A stretch of DNA of 64,000 nucleotides, from NCBI RefSeq assembly GCF_018350175.1, contig NC_058382.1:60824001-60888000 (forward strand), written 5' to 3'. Origin of the DNA: Felis catus (Eukaryota). The notes beneath the pieces were generated by a model. That model did not search any database and was not told the DNA's origin. It saw only the letters and a program-made list of their open reading frames with translations. Shown here in pieces: positions 11,076-24,284 of this stretch (position 1 is the stretch's first letter; every line of letters begins with the position of its first letter). The position numbers and the translations under genes were made by a program.

Positions 11076-12742
11076 CTTATTTGGCATAAATCTTCACGCG
11101 AAGGTCCAAGGCCCCTAATTCCCAAGTATAAAAATGCAGCAATGTGCCAAAAAATATCCCTCTCCTCCGTGGGTCTGCTCCACCGGCCTGTTTCTCCCCA
11201 GCCGGTGACCTCTCCTTGACGGAGCCCTGCCCCTGGAGCTGAGCTAGGCAGAGGAAGCCCCTGGACACACAGCTGTGCCCAGGGGTCCAGTCAGCTGGGT
11301 CACCCTTGACCTCCTGGGCCTCTGCAGCAGCCACAGGGGGTGCGGCAAACGGTTTAATTACAACAGGGATGTGTGGTATCTGTTTCCCTTGTTTCCAGAA
11401 TGTGCTTACGTGTGGGCTCAGCCCAGTCCCGTGGAGGAGCAGAGGTCCTGAGCCCAGAAGAACAGAGCCCAGAAGAACAGAGCCCGTGTCACAGAAGAAC
11501 ACGGGTCTGAAAGCATCAGGCCTGCCGTGTAAGGCCACAGGTTTTAGGCACCAGTCGTTATCAATAGCAGTCTCTTTACTCCATGGACCCTGAGATAGCA
11601 GTGACTTTAAGGTGCACTGGTATTTTATGTGTCCCTGAGAAAGCAGGACAGCTCCCGGGTTTAGTCCTAAGATGCCTCGAGGCTTCAGAGAGAGTAACAC
11701 CCAAAAAAGGGAGCAACATGGGGTGACCGGGCAGCAGACGCCCAGAAGCCAGCTCGAGGAGTCCTCAGCCGGGCAGGGAGGCCAGTGCCGCCCCCGACAA
11801 CGGTGCGTTCACACCGAGCGTCAGCAGAACCGGACCCAGCCTGGGCCCGGGGTGCTGCAAGTGGGACCCCTAGGAACAGGGCTGCCTGTAGCAAAGGCAT
11901 CTGAGACACGACGGATCCCTGACCCCAAGCAAGAAGCCGTGCTCTTCTGAGACCCAGCTCTAGGCCCTGGAGACCGTCCCAAAGGCCCTGCTGCTGGCCT
12001 GAGCAAACGGGCTGGAGGGAGGGAAGGAGCTTCGGAGATGGGGCTTCTGCCCCGGGGGGACTGACCATGTCAGATGGGGGCCACATGGTGGCCATGGTGA
12101 GTCACGACAGCCGCTGTGGACGCCGAGTGGGGCCTGCTAGGGACACACACTGGGCTGAGTTCCATCTTGGCCTTTCCCCAGTTAATTCTCATGCCTCTGC
12201 CAGGCAGGTGTACTGGACCTCTGGTTTACAGGTGGGGGGACCGGGGCTCTGACAGGCTGCCTGACTCGGCCACAGCCACACAGGCCCACACTGCCTCTCA
12301 CCCAGCTGGTCTCTCTGCTGCTTCCCATGGACTGGTCGCTCACATTGGAAATGGCCGGGGCACAATTCTGGGCACCGTGAGGGGACACTGAAGGCAGAGA
12401 ATCCCATCCCTCCCCAAAAGACGCATGCAGTCTGGCCAGCAAGGCCCAACTCCCCCCAGGAGACTGGATCAAGGGCAAGGCAGGCGCCACCCCGGAAGCC
12501 CTGGGTCGAGGGGCGCAGAGCAGGAGGGCCAGGAGCAGGGAGACGAGTGGGGATCGGGGCCCCCCTGCAAGGCCTGCAGCGAGCCAGCATCTGCAGAGGC
12601 AGCAGCCCCGCGCCCCCTTCCTCAGGGCACAAGCGCCTCTGCCTCCCTCCACCAGCGTCCTGTTCCCAGCACTCGCCCACAGGGAGCGCCCTCTGCCCGA
12701 GGGCTCACAGCACCAGTGCTGGGACCAGCACCCAGACTTTCT

Positions 12743-12963
12743 TTTTAACATTTTTTTAAGGTTTATTTATTTTTTGAGAGAGAGAGACAGACAGAGTGTG
12801 AGCAGGGGAGGGGCAGAGAGAGAGGGAGACACAGAATCCGAAGCAGGCTCCAGGCTCCGAGCTGTCAGCACAGAGCCTGATGCGGGGCTCGAACCCACAA
12901 ACTGCGAGATCGTGACCTGAACTGAAGTCAGACTCTCAACTGACTGAGCCACCCAGGCGCCCC
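12743..12963 (-). mobile_element. CAN-SINE (SINEC_Fc type), full length with TSD
   Basis: Reverse-complement head GGGGCGCCTGGGTGGCTCAGTC, (CT)n region and A tail. TSD AGCACCCAGA(C/A)TTTCT at 12727-12742 and 12964-12979. Confidence 0.95.
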
Positions 12964-13195
12964 AGCACCCAGAATTTCTGACTTGCAGTTGAGTGCTGTC
13001 TTTGCAGCCTTGCCCTCTCTGCTCCTGGGAAAACAGCCCCATCACGTCCAGTCCTCTCCAACGGCTACTTCTAACGTGTCTATGCTTGATGTCCCCCCCC
13101 CCAAAAAGAGCCCTGAAGGGCAGCACCCACATGTGATCTCTCTCAACCCCACAGTTTCCGGCTCAGGGTTTTGACAAAGATACAACTTATAAGTA

Positions 13196-13725
13196 CAGCT
13201 GACCCTTGAACAACGTGGGGCTTAGGGTCGCCAGCCCCTGGTGCAGTCACAAATCTGCGCATAGCTTTCCAAACACTTGGCTAAGAGTGCATTGGCTTAA
13301 AAAAAAATATTTTTTTAATGTTTATTCATCTCCTGAGAGAGGGAGAGGGAGACACAGAACCCGAAGCAGGCTCCAGGCTCCGAGCTGTCAGCACAGAGCC
13401 CGACACGGGGCTCGAACCCACGAGCCGTGAGATCGTTGACCTGAGCTGAAGTCAGACAGTTAACCGACTGAGCCCCCCAGGTGACCCGTTAATAGCGTAC
13501 TGTTGACCAGAAGCCTTAGCAACAATATGAACGGTCGGCTCACACATATTCTGTGTTATGTGTGTTATATGCTGCATTCTTGCAGTGAGGTCAGCTAGAG
13601 AGAAGAAAATGTTCTTAAAATCAAAAGAGAAAATACATTCACAGCACCGTATTGTGTTTACCGCAAAACATCTGCGTACGAGTGGACCTGCTCCTTTCAA
13701 ACCCGTGTGTTTCGAGGGTCAGCTG
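13196..13725 (-). mobile_element. Tigger2a-like (TcMar-Tigger) non-autonomous DNA transposon, interrupted by a SINE
   Basis: Terminal inverted repeats CAGCTGACCCTTGAACAAC ... GTGTTTCGAGGGTCAGCTG, TA at the left flank; interior matches recalled Tigger2a/MER28 consensus. Confidence 0.85.
13308..13487 (-). mobile_element. CAN-SINE (SINEC_Fc type) nested in the Tigger2a element
   Basis: GAAGCAGGCTCCAGGCTCCGAGCTGTCAGCACAGAGCCCGAC motif plus T-rich tail. Confidence 0.92.
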
Positions 13726-14299
13726 CACTTGCCAGAGGCAACGCCCGAACTGGGTTCTTTACTCCGGTTTCTCTACCCCGACCCCCGATAGGAGCTGCCA
13801 TACGGAGCCCCGTCCGGGTGCCCGGAGCTTCACCGCCAGGTCCTGCCCTCACCACCGGCCTGGGAGGCGGGGCTTGCCACCGGTCTCGCTGGCCTGAGGG
13901 GGACACCTGGGGTCCGGAGAGCTTGGGTCCTTGAACGTCTTAGGCAGAGCCGGGTCCCGCCGGGTCAGCCGGGCCCGGAGTCCGGGCCGTCAGCCACCGC
14001 AGACCCACCGGTCTTTAAAAACAATTCCGAGCAACTCTGGACCACCTTAGACGTGCTTCTGTTATATCTGAAAACTGAACGGAAATTTAAGTAGCTGCCG
14101 AGAAGATAAAATCTGACCCACCATAAGTGTGGATTTTTTACAGAAAAAGGGTGGCAGATGAGTTAGATATCATTTGATAGCCACCATTTGATTTGATAGC
14201 CACCATTATCCGTTTAAAATACGCAAGTCAGCTCTACTTTAGCGTCTGAATTTTCACACAGCTCCCAAGCTGAAACAAAGAACTTTAAAAACAAACAAA

Positions 14300-14387
14300 C
14301 ATATTTTTTTTAAATAATCAATACACCCAACTTGGGGCTCAAACTCACAACCTCGACATCAACCCTGACCGAGCCAGCCGGGCACCG
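14300..14387 (-). mobile_element. Short, degenerate CAN-SINE fragment
   Basis: T tail followed by TGGGGCTCAAACTCACAACC...GAGCCAGCCGGGCACC. Confidence 0.6.
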
Positions 14388-14389
14388 CG

Positions 14390-15522
14390 ACACCGAGAAC
14401 TCTCAAATACGACACCGAAAGCACAATCCGTGAGAGAAAAATTGGATGAGCAGGACTTCGCTGAAATGAGAAACTTCCACTCTGGGAAAGACACCGTCGA
14501 GAGGGTGAGAAGCCGAGCCACCGACCGGGAGAGAGTGTTTGCAAAGACACATCTGATGAAGGACTGGCATCCAACACGTACAGAGAGCTTACAGTTCAGC
14601 GAGAAGACAAACAACCCAGTTGAAAAATGGGCGAAATACCTGAACGGCCACGTCCCCAAAGAAGGTATACAGATGACGCAGACGCATGGGGACAGGGGTT
14701 CCACGTGATACGTCACCAGGGAAACAGAGCCATCACCACCTACCTGTTAGAAGCGCTGAGATGGAGAACGGGGCCGACGAGGGCCGGTGGCAGGGGCCCC
14801 GGGTGCCGGCGGGAAGGCGGGGCAGCACGTGCACTGCGGAAGGCGGTCTGGCAGTTTCCTACGAAACGAAACATGTTCTTACCGCACGATCCCGCGTTCA
14901 TGCTTCTCCCTATTTACCCGAACGTCTTACACCCACACGAAAACCCGCACGTCGATGCTTAGGGCAGCTCTGTTCACGGGTGTCCGCACTTGGAAGAAAT
15001 GAAATCGTCCTTCGATGATGAAGGCACAGATCGTGCGGTCTGTCCGGACAACGGGGTGTCACTCAGCGACCGAAAAGGGCCGTTTAGACCTGGAGGAACT
15101 TTAAATGCACATCACTAAGTGGAAGAAGCCGTCCGCAAAGGCCCCGTGCGGTACGATTGCAACATGTGACACCTGGAAAAGGAGGGCTATGGAGACAGTG
15201 AAGCCTTCAGTGGTTGTCGGGGTTGGGGCAGGGGGCAGGCAGAACACAGAGGATTCTGGGGGCAGTGAAACTGCTCTGTGTGATGCTGTGAGAGTGGGTG
15301 TGTGTCACTGTACCTTTGTCCCGACCACAGAAGGTCCATCACCAAGAGGGGACACAGATGTAAACTGTGGGCTTTGGTTACTATTAATGTAGTGACGGGC
15401 ACCTGCGTGGCTCAGTTGGTTGAGTGCCTGACCACGTTTTGGCTCAGGTCGTGATCTCGAAGTTTGTGGAATCGAGCCCCGCGTCGGGCTCTGTGCTGGC
15501 AGCGCGAGCCTGCTTGGGGTCC

Positions 15523-15573
<51 letters not shown>

Positions 15574-15760
15574 ATAAATAAATAAACTCAAGAAAAACTA
15601 TTGATGTATCGATGTCAGCTCGGTAATTTCACATCAGCGGGAGATGTTAATCACAGAGGAGCGGCTGTGGGGACGTGGTGTTTGGGAGCGTCTGTTCTGT
15701 GCTCAGCTTTCTGCACACCTGACACTCCCCCTCAAAATAAATCGCGTTAACTTAAAAAGA
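14390..15760 (+). mobile_element. Old LINE-1 (L1MC-like) ORF2 3' end and 3'UTR, interrupted by a SINE
   Basis: ORF 14430..14708 contains KTNNPVEKWAKYLNGHVPKEGIQM, the L1 ORF2 C-terminal motif ([24 protein letters not shown]); L1MC-type 3'UTR and A-rich end. Confidence 0.85.
15396..15596 (+). mobile_element. CAN-SINE (SINEC_Fc2 type) nested in L1
   Basis: GGGCACCTGCGTGGCTCAGTTGG head, (CT)n, AATAAA tail; TSD ACTATT(A/G)ATGTA at 15380-15391 and 15597-15608. Confidence 0.92.
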
Positions 15761-17469
15761 AAGAGGCCAGCAGGCTAAAGGAGAGAACCGCCAGTGACTC
15801 TTCGAACATCTCCTCTGACAAAGGGCACGCGCAGCGCGAGGCGTATGCAACGGCCCTTCTTTGGCCCTGGATTTTCACACAGCTCCCTTCTCTCCTGGTT
15901 TGTTTACGTCCATCCCACCCACCAGGATTCTATCCTAGTGTATTTTCGGTTTGAAAGCTTTTATTTTCCTATCACGCACAGCAACGTAAACGGAATATCG
16001 GGACTTAAATGCTTTCTGCCGCTAAAGGTCGTCTGTCTTCTCCGTCGGGCTGCCGTCGTGATCACCGGCAGTAAAAACGGTGTGAACTCAGTATACATCC
16101 GGAGAGTTAGTGTAAAAAGGACGTTTCGGTTGGAAATACAGGTATTGAAAAGAGGGACGAGGCAGAGTTTCGAGTGGTTTCTGTATTATTGCCAGAAGGC
16201 GGGACTGGACGCGACCCGTTCCTGTCACGGGATCTCCCGTGAATCACGTCAATGAGTAGGTCGGGATGAAAGGCCTCTGTGCTCCCGAGATACCGCTGTG
16301 GCCTCTTCAGACAGTCTGGTGCCCCAACCACATGCCGATCGGTCACAGAATGACTTAGTCAGCTGACCAGTCCGCGGGCCCTCTGCAATCTTGTTGCAAG
16401 ATCGAAAACGGCCAGAATGGCAAAAAGCTGTGTTTTCTGCAAGCAAGGAGGTGCAGGCAGGTGGGGCATCAGGGCTGGGCCCAGGCAGGGGGCCGTGAGC
16501 CTTTTTTGGGAAGTGAGGGCGCAGGGACCATTCCAGGGAAGCTGGGGACGGGTTGGCGCTGGGCGTGAGCGGGCGGCCTGCTGCCCGGCCGCCAGCCGTG
16601 GCCGGCACGGACACCAGGAAGCTTCCCGCCCCCAGGACTGTCTCTTGGCCTCGTCCCCTGGCCCCTCACTAGAGGCCAGCCCGACTCCCACCAGGGATGG
16701 CCCCTCTCGCCAGGGGAAGCCCCACCCAGAGCCCCAGGCGGAGACGCAGCGGGAAGGCAGAGGGGTGGGCTGTGGGGTCATCCTGCCCACCCGGCATCAG
16801 GGCTGCAGCACCAGGCTAGGCCGGGCCCACCCGCACCAGCGAGCCGGTAAGGAGCCTGCGGCAGCGGCTCAGGCATCAGAGGCGCCCTCCTCCTGTGAAA
16901 CGCTTTCCCTGGGGTCTCCGTGGGGAACCCTGCTGCCTGGGCCTCCACCGCTCTTGCCCTCACCTTACTCCCAAGCGCGACCCCCACGGGGGTCCGGGAT
17001 CCTTGCCTCCCTGCGGCAGCCCCTCAGCCCCTGCCCCTCAGCCCCCCGCATCTGCAGGTGCACAGAGCCTCGCCCTCGTGGCTGATCGGCTCCAGCACCA
17101 CGTGTGACCCGTCCCCGACCGAGACGTGGGGGGAGAGTCTCCCACGTGCGGGACACTGCCCCCTCCCCGCCCTGGCCCTGCCACTGCCCGTGGCCACCGC
17201 CTGAGGACGGCGCTGGTGTGGGGGTCACATGAACAGAGGAGGGGGCCGCTCGGGACATCGCTGAGCTGCCCGGCCGTCCCCGAAACCCACCCTACTTCCA
17301 AGCTTGCCGTTTCAATAATAAGTTTCCTTATTGTTCAGGCTGGTTTTCGCCAAAATGTCTGTTTCTTGCAACCAAAAGCTATTGGCCTTCCTGTCCAGAG
17401 GGCCCTCACAGCCGTCCGGGGGCCACGGTGGCCCATCGATCGTCCCCGACTTCACTGCACACGTAGGAA

Positions 17470-17705
17470 GCACCCCGGGCGGCTGTGTGGCAAACGCCCA
17501 GGCGCAAATTTTAAGGCGGCACCAAAAACTCAGTATTCGAGATAAACCACATTTTAACCCAACATTTAAAAATGTTGGAATCGGTGCCCAAAAAACCCAT
17601 GGGGAGCAAGACACGGAAACTTTACATGAAGACGGGATTCCCACCGCGGATTTCTCCCCCGAGACGGCCGGAAGACCCCGCGTGATGCAAGCCTCAGCGC
17701 CCTGC
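17470..17705 (+). mobile_element. MER96B-like hAT-Tip100 DNA transposon relic
   Basis: CAGGCGCAAATTTTAAGGCGGCACCAAAAACTCAGTATTCGAGATAAA matches the recalled consensus. Confidence 0.55.
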
Positions 17706-19709
17706 CCTCCATGTGGGTCTCGGTGGTTTAAGGGAAGGAGGGGAAGTTGGGGAAGGAGGGACCCCAGGCGTGTCACCAGCCATTCACAGGCAGTTTCCCC
17801 TTCTGTGCTCAGACCAGCCTTGCAGGTTCTGGGAGGGGAAATGCCTCGTCTAGGGGCAGGGCCAAACCAGAGGCGGCTTCCTTGGATCCCCCGGAGGAGG
17901 ACACAGAGGAGGCCAGCGGATGGCCGGCAGGTGCTGCCGGGAGGTCCCGGGCAGGGAAGGGAAGGAACGGACAGACACAGCCTGTCCACTCAGGGCCGCT
18001 GATGCTCTGTCCTCTGGGCGTCCCGGGGGACCCGCAGGAGCGCCCTCAGAGCCGTCCTGCCAGGAGACCGGGGACTGGGGCGTTTGCACGGGATGCCCCG
18101 TCCCTTCTGGTGAGGGCCGCTCAGGGACGGTCACTCCCCATCTGCGTCCCCCGCCGCGGCGGCCGAGGGGGAGCCCTAGGCAGCGGTGTCGGGGGCTGGT
18201 GGCCCAGAGCCAGATGGCGTGCCCAGAAGAGGGGCAGGCGACGGGTGCGGTTGGGGCGCGGCGTGGCTGGTCCTGGCTGACCCGGCTCCCATCCCCCGCC
18301 CCGGGGACTCCCCCGACCCGGCCCGGGCACCTCGGAGGCCAGAGTCCTGGCAGACTCCTCCGGGCGATCCCATTGTTTCATTCCAGCTCGGCTGTTTCCA
18401 TCTGTGTTGAAGCTTTAGTTGGGAACTCGGAATGGCGGTCACGTTGAGAGAACCGTGACGTCAAGTTCTCCCAGGAGAATCATTAATTATCGTGTGAGCG
18501 GAGCCAGGCAGCTAAAATCCCAGTTCCAGGTGGGGCCTAAGCGCAGTGTCCACCTGCGGCCGGACCGCGGGGTCCCCGAGGCCACCTGCCAGCTCCCGCG
18601 CCTTCAGGTGCACCACAGGCACTTTCCCAACTGCCTCTCGTTCAACCTTGTCCCCCTCCCCACCCCCCCCCCCCCCGCCTTGTGGCAGGTTGGACGGGGA
18701 GACCGGGGCCGGGGACCCCGAGCACTCGTGTGGAGGTGGCCGTGCGCAGGGTGGGGGGCGGCTCTGCCCCTTGTCGCCGCGCTGCCGGCCCTCGCCTCCC
18801 ACTTCTGCCCTGTTAGCTGCCCAGTCACGCCCTGCCACCCCCCGTCTGCCAGCCTGTCCACACCTCGGTTGACGGTCACAAGAAAGGAGGCCGCGGGAGG
18901 GTGGCCCGTCTCCCCTCCAGACTGCGGGCGGGAACCAAGACTGAGCCGCCTGCGGTGGAGGCGGCCGTCCGAGGGGCCAGGCTCTGCCGGGGACTTGCCG
19001 GAAGGCTCCGCAGCCTGGCGGTCACCCCGCGTGCACAGGGCCACGGTGCCGCACGCACGGCCGGCCCCAAGGCGATTCTCGCCGGGACGAGACACCTCGT
19101 CTGCAGCTCTTGGTTCTCTGGGATTCCCGTCCCTGCCGTCCTGAGGGATCGCGGACGAAGTCAGAGAAGGACGGTCTTCACAGACTCGCACCCGCCTAAG
19201 GGGGCCCCCAAAACCATGAGGCTGTGGGACAAATCTGGGACATCTGCCCATCCGCTGTGTTTAGACCAAGTCTGTGGGATTCGAGCCCCACTCGACAAAG
19301 GAGGGGGGTGGTGACGCGTGCACTCTTGCTCGTCAGATGAAGAGCCAGGCGTGTGGACGGGGGGCCCAGGAAGGGTGTCGGGGCTGCCGGAGGCTGGCTG
19401 GGACCCCACTTTCCGCTTCTCCAATTTTCGGGTTTTCCTGTCTCTGGAAGGTGGGAACGATAATGAGCCAGCGTGGCCCAAAGACGGGTCGTGAGTTCTC
19501 TCTTGTCTTTGTTCAATTTCAGATGAGGATCGGGCCGAGCAGCAGAAACATCCTGCCGGAAAATCGGCCGCGGCGTAGGAGTCCTAGGGAAAGCCGGTGG
19601 CACAAGGTGGCATTTAAATCCCCGGAGAGCCATGCACTCGTCGGGAGATGGTGTCAGGCCAACTCTCCCTCCCATTTTGGGAAAAAATTGTATATATTCC
19701 TCAGTCCGT

Positions 19710-20030
19710 TTTGAAAAGACACTCCACTGGTGTTAAGGAATAAGATGTGAAAAACAAAACGGGGAAAGTATCAGAAAAGAATACAAGTCTCTGTATAGTA
19801 TTTGTTTATGATGAAGGAAACCCAGAAAAAAACCCAGATGGACATCAATAGCTGTGCACCGACGAGGCCATACGTAACCATAAGCTAAGGAGGAGTCTGG
19901 GAGAGGATGTTCGCAACACGTGTAACAAAGGACTAACAGCCCTACATACAGAATAAAAATGGGCGAAGCGTGTGAATAGGTACATCCCACAGCAAGAAAT
20001 ACAAGAGACAGTCAACTCCTTCACTCTTCG
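19710..20030 (+). mobile_element. Degenerate old L1 fragment
   Basis: A-rich tract with AAAAATGGGCGAAG...AATAGG...CACAGCAAGAAATACA, an L1 ORF2-end motif. Confidence 0.55.
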
Positions 20031-20391
20031 CGTTTTCCTCCAAAACTCCCCCTGAGAACCAGGGCTGCGTGCAGCCACCTGCTGGCCCTCCGTGGCCTCT
20101 GCACTGGTGGCCTGCTCCGTCCCCTGGCTGCGCCTCAGAGGCCTGCTCAGGGACTCGGGGACACCCAAGCCCTGCTCGTGCCCGGGGCATGCCCATCTGT
20201 GCTCTTCTCCTCCCAGGGTGGGGCCGCCTGTGTGGTGGCCGCTGTGCCCCCGCCCAGGGCGCCCACTGCCTCGGCAGGGATCTGTGAGGCGACTGTTCCA
20301 CGTTAGCCTTCACGCGCCTCTCGCCTCCGCCGGCTCTCACTGTGCCTCTTCACCTCCTTTCCTCTCATCCTCATCTGCATAGTTTTGTTTT

Positions 20392-20579
20392 GTTTTTATT
20401 TTTGTTTTTTTGTTTATTTTTTATTTGAGAGAGAGCGAGAGCAGGGGAGGGGCAGAGAGGAAGAGAGAGAATCCCAAGCAGGCTCTGTGTTGTCAGCTCG
20501 AACCCACGAACCGTGAGATCGTGACCTGAACCACAATCAAGAGTTGGACGCTTAACCAACGGACCCACCCAGGGGCCCC
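20392..20579 (-). mobile_element. CAN-SINE (SINEC_Fc2 type)
   Basis: GAATCCCAAGCAGGCTC...GAGATCGTGACCTGA...; TSD TAGTTTTG(T/C)TTT. Confidence 0.9.
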
Positions 20580-20689
20580 TAGTTTTGCTTTTTTAAATGA
20601 GAAAAAAAGAGTTGCTTTTACAAGGCACCTGCAGTACATAACGGGCTCCTCAGCCCCTGCTCGGGCCCCAGGTCTGCCCAGAACACCGC

Positions 20690-20900
20690 TCACCGCCAAC
20701 CCTCCACGCTTGGCCCAGAAGGAGGGCGTGCGACCCAAGCCGGACCAGTCACAATCTTTCCCTGGAATTTTTCTGACCCGGAACAGAGAAGGAGGAGCTT
20801 TTCCTCTGCTCTGCGGTGTCCTAAGCAACATGGCCTGACCCGGCACGTTCCCCGTCCTGCCCGAGCTCTCCAGCAAGGTTTCTGTCACCTGCCACTGCGG
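20690..20900 (+). mobile_element. MaLR LTR (MLT1-like) fragment
   Basis: GACCCAAGCCGGACCAGTCACAATCTTTCCCTGG ... GGTTTCTGTCACCTGC resemble old MLT1 LTRs. Confidence 0.5.
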
Positions 20901-23900
20901 CACCCTGGCTGACACGCACCGTCACCCCACGGCTCCCGAGGGGAGGTGGGTTTGTGGCCCCCCCCTACGGGCCAGCGGCCCCTTTTCTCCCCCCCCCCCC
21001 AGGCAGCTCGGCGGGGGGGCTGAGCTCTGTGAGCCACAAGAACAGACTGGAGGTGCCAGGGCGGGCAGGCCCAGGTGTCAGCCCGAGAGGGACGCGGCCC
21101 CAGGACGGACGGTCTCCAAGCCCGCGTGAATCCCCTGCTCCGATAACAGGCCGTTATTATCACCGGACGCTTCCCTGCAAGGCGCCAGGACGGCTTTCTG
21201 CAAGACGAATCTGGTCCTGTCACTCCCGCCTGAGATAAAGGCCCCTCCCATACTGTCGCTCTGGAGCTGTGGCCCATAACGCTGCCTCCACCTGAGGCAA
21301 AGTTGCCTCCACCTGGAACATTCTGCCGGCGAGCTCCACCTGGCCTCCCTGTCCTGCCCTCCTGGAGTCTGGGGGAGGCCTCCCTCTCACCCCCATGACA
21401 GCCCAAGTGCAGCTGCTCACGGCTTCTCCCAGGAGCCGGGGGACCTCTTGGCACCCCTGCTGTGCCCCCAAATTATCCAGAACCCACATTCAGGGCTCCG
21501 TCAAGATGGCTTCGCTGTGTTTGCTGTTGAGAGAGCAGCTGACGGAATCGACGTCATCCTCGCCCACAAAGGAACACCCACCTCTTCTCCGTTTGTCCAT
21601 TAAGTATCCCCCGAAGCGACCCCGAGCCCCCAGGGTCACTAACAGAGGACAAGGCACCAGGGCAGGGAGGGTGTGTCTGGGGGTGGGGTCACCCTTCCTC
21701 TGGGCTCCCTGGATCCCCCCTTTGCCCTCCGTGTACCTCGGCGTGTTCACAGTTGCCTGGGCCCCCCCCACCGTCCTCGGTCTGTGACCTTCGACAGCAG
21801 GGCACAGAGAAGGAGAAGTGTCACCAGACCAAAGTCCTGATTTCACACGTGGGGAGACGGCCGCAGAGCGGGGAGGCCCCGCGTCCCGGCCAGGCCTCTC
21901 TGCTTGGCCAGGTCCCATCTGTCAGTTCTAGGAGGGTCACTGCAGGGGCCCAAAGGGGAACATGACCCCCGCGGGGTCTTTTCTGGCCAAGAAGCCCCGA
22001 TTGTTCAGGCGAACATCTGTCCAGTCTGTCCTCGTCTTCCCACTGCCCCGCGGGGCCGGTGCGGTGAGCAGCTCTGAGGCCGGGTGAGGACAGAAAGATC
22101 TCTGTGGACGGCGAGACCCCCTGCTTCCCCCACCCCCCCCCCCCACCGCCCCGGCATGCCTGGGCCCCCGAGAGACAAGGGGTGGCACAGAAGCCTGGAA
22201 GCAAGTGTGTGGGTCCCCCCAGTCCAGCCCCACCTGCCTCCTCTCCTGGAAGAGGTTATCCAGCCCCGACGGCCAGGATGTGGCAACGTCACGCCCGGCC
22301 GGTGCCTGTGCCGGGCTCACGCGGCCCTGGAGGCCTGAGGGAGGCTGTGGAGGTGTGCGGCACCTGTCCACTGTGCCCGGCATCCCTCCAGACCCCGCTC
22401 CCGAGACCCCAGACCATGTTCCCCAGGCTCCAGACCCGGCTCCCGAAATTCAGATTCTAGAAACAGCCCGAGGCCCCTGCCCCACCCTGTGGCGCTGGGG
22501 GTGTGGTGAGGCGCGTGGGCCAGGAGGATCTGGTCCGAGTGCAAGCGAGCTGGGGGCTCCAGGGGGCGGGTGGGGGGGAGCACGGGCGGGGGGGGACTCA
22601 TCTGGGGAGCAGAGCAAGGAGCAGGCCGTGTCACTGCTGACGGCAACGTCTTTCGCTGCTCTGCGGTGCCCAGGGACTGCGATTTCTGCCTGTCGAAGTC
22701 AAAATTTACTCCTGGGAAGATAGACCTTTGGGACTGTTGGCTGAGACCACATCCCGTGAATCTTAATAGCGTGAAGTCTCCGGGCTTCTCTCAAGGGGAA
22801 TTGTCCAGAAGAGGCGGCTGCGCTCTGACCTCCAGCGCAGGCCCCATGATGTGTCTGAGCCTCAGTCTCCCTGCGCGTCCCACGGGGAGATGGGCACCCA
22901 CCCCACCCTCCTCCTAACGGCACGTGACACGGCCTGGGGGGGTCACCCGGATCGCACGGTCCCCCTCTTCTGGAAACGGACCTGCCAGCACCCTCCGGAA
23001 CCTTCCCGGCCTGAAGCTGGGTGTGGAAGAGTGTCCCTCCCGCCGAGCTGCTGAGCTGGGGTGTCAGGGTCAGGGCGGGGCTGCCGTGGAGCCAGCAGAA
23101 GCAGGGACGGGGAGGGGACGGGCCGCGCTCCCTCCCCTCTGACGCCACGAAGGCTCTTCATCTGCTGAGCTGAACAGTTCCTTCCTCCAGGATCCTCGTG
23201 TGTGACGCACCTGACACGACACAGGCCTGAGCGTGGCCACACCCACTTACAGGCGTCACTGACCATATCGGTCCCCTTCCAGGGGACCATCCCACAGCCG
23301 AGGTCCACTCGGTGACCCGGCCCCTCAGCCACGGCTCCCCGGTCGCTGACTGGTCTGGGCCAGCACGACATGCCCTCCCCTGAGACTTTGGGGAGGAGAC
23401 TCTGTCAGCCACGTGGCCTCGAGGGTCTGAGAGGGCAGCTGGCCGGGCTCCTGCCGCTCTCCCCCACCTGGCCCCAGGCCCCCACGAAGCTCAGGGTGGG
23501 GAGGTGGGGACTCCTGGGGCAGAGCCTCAGGTGCCCAACAAGGAGGAGCCCCTGAGTCGGAGGCGGGAAACCCCGCAAAGGCACAGGCTCGAAGGGATGC
23601 CAGAGGTTAAACGGCGCCTACCTCCCGACCTCAATGGCAAGGGCAGGACGCCTTCCCCCGCTTCCCGGCCACACGGATACAGCGTGCCCAGCGTTTCCCC
23701 GGGGACCTCAGGGCCAGACCCCGGCAGCTGGCCGTGTGGCCGTGCGGGGCCAGGGCGGGAAGACCCCCGAGCCCCGGCAGGTGCGGCGTGCGCGTGACGG
23801 TGGCTCCGCCCCAAATCCACGGTGGCCAGGAGCCCAGGGTGCTCCCCCCGCCCCCCTGGAACAAAGCCGGCCCTGAGGTTTGAAGCCCCCGTGGCTGCGC

Positions 23901-24284
23901 CCGAGGGCCGTTGTGAGCGGGACCCACTGAGGACAGAACTCCTTTGTTCGCATCAAGTGCTCGGGGACCCGGGAATCGAGCCCGCTCCCCGGGACCCCCG
24001 GCCAGTTGCCACTGTCGCCTGCCCCCCAAATGCCTCCGCCCCCGTGGCCGGGGCGCCCCGGGCCGAGACTGTGTCCGCCACAACTCTGCGCACAGAGGCC
24101 GATGGCCGGAGCCCCCGCCAGGGTCGTCCCCAGGCCTCCCTGCTGCACCCGCACGCCAGTCCTGTGGGGCTGCTCTTGCTGGCCGCACCGGATGGCCGGC
24201 GATGCCCAGAGGGGGGTGGGAGCTCACCTGTCACACACACAGCACAGGCAGTGGGCGGCGCTCACACCGGGCTCTTGAGCGAAG

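Noticed and set aside
12743..12963. tRNA-like A/B boxes in SINE heads
   Set aside because: tRNA-derived CAN-SINE heads, not tRNA genes.
14430..14708. 92-aa ORF with protein-like composition (also 60312-60839)
   Set aside because: Decayed LINE-1 ORF2 and ORF1 remnants, not host genes.
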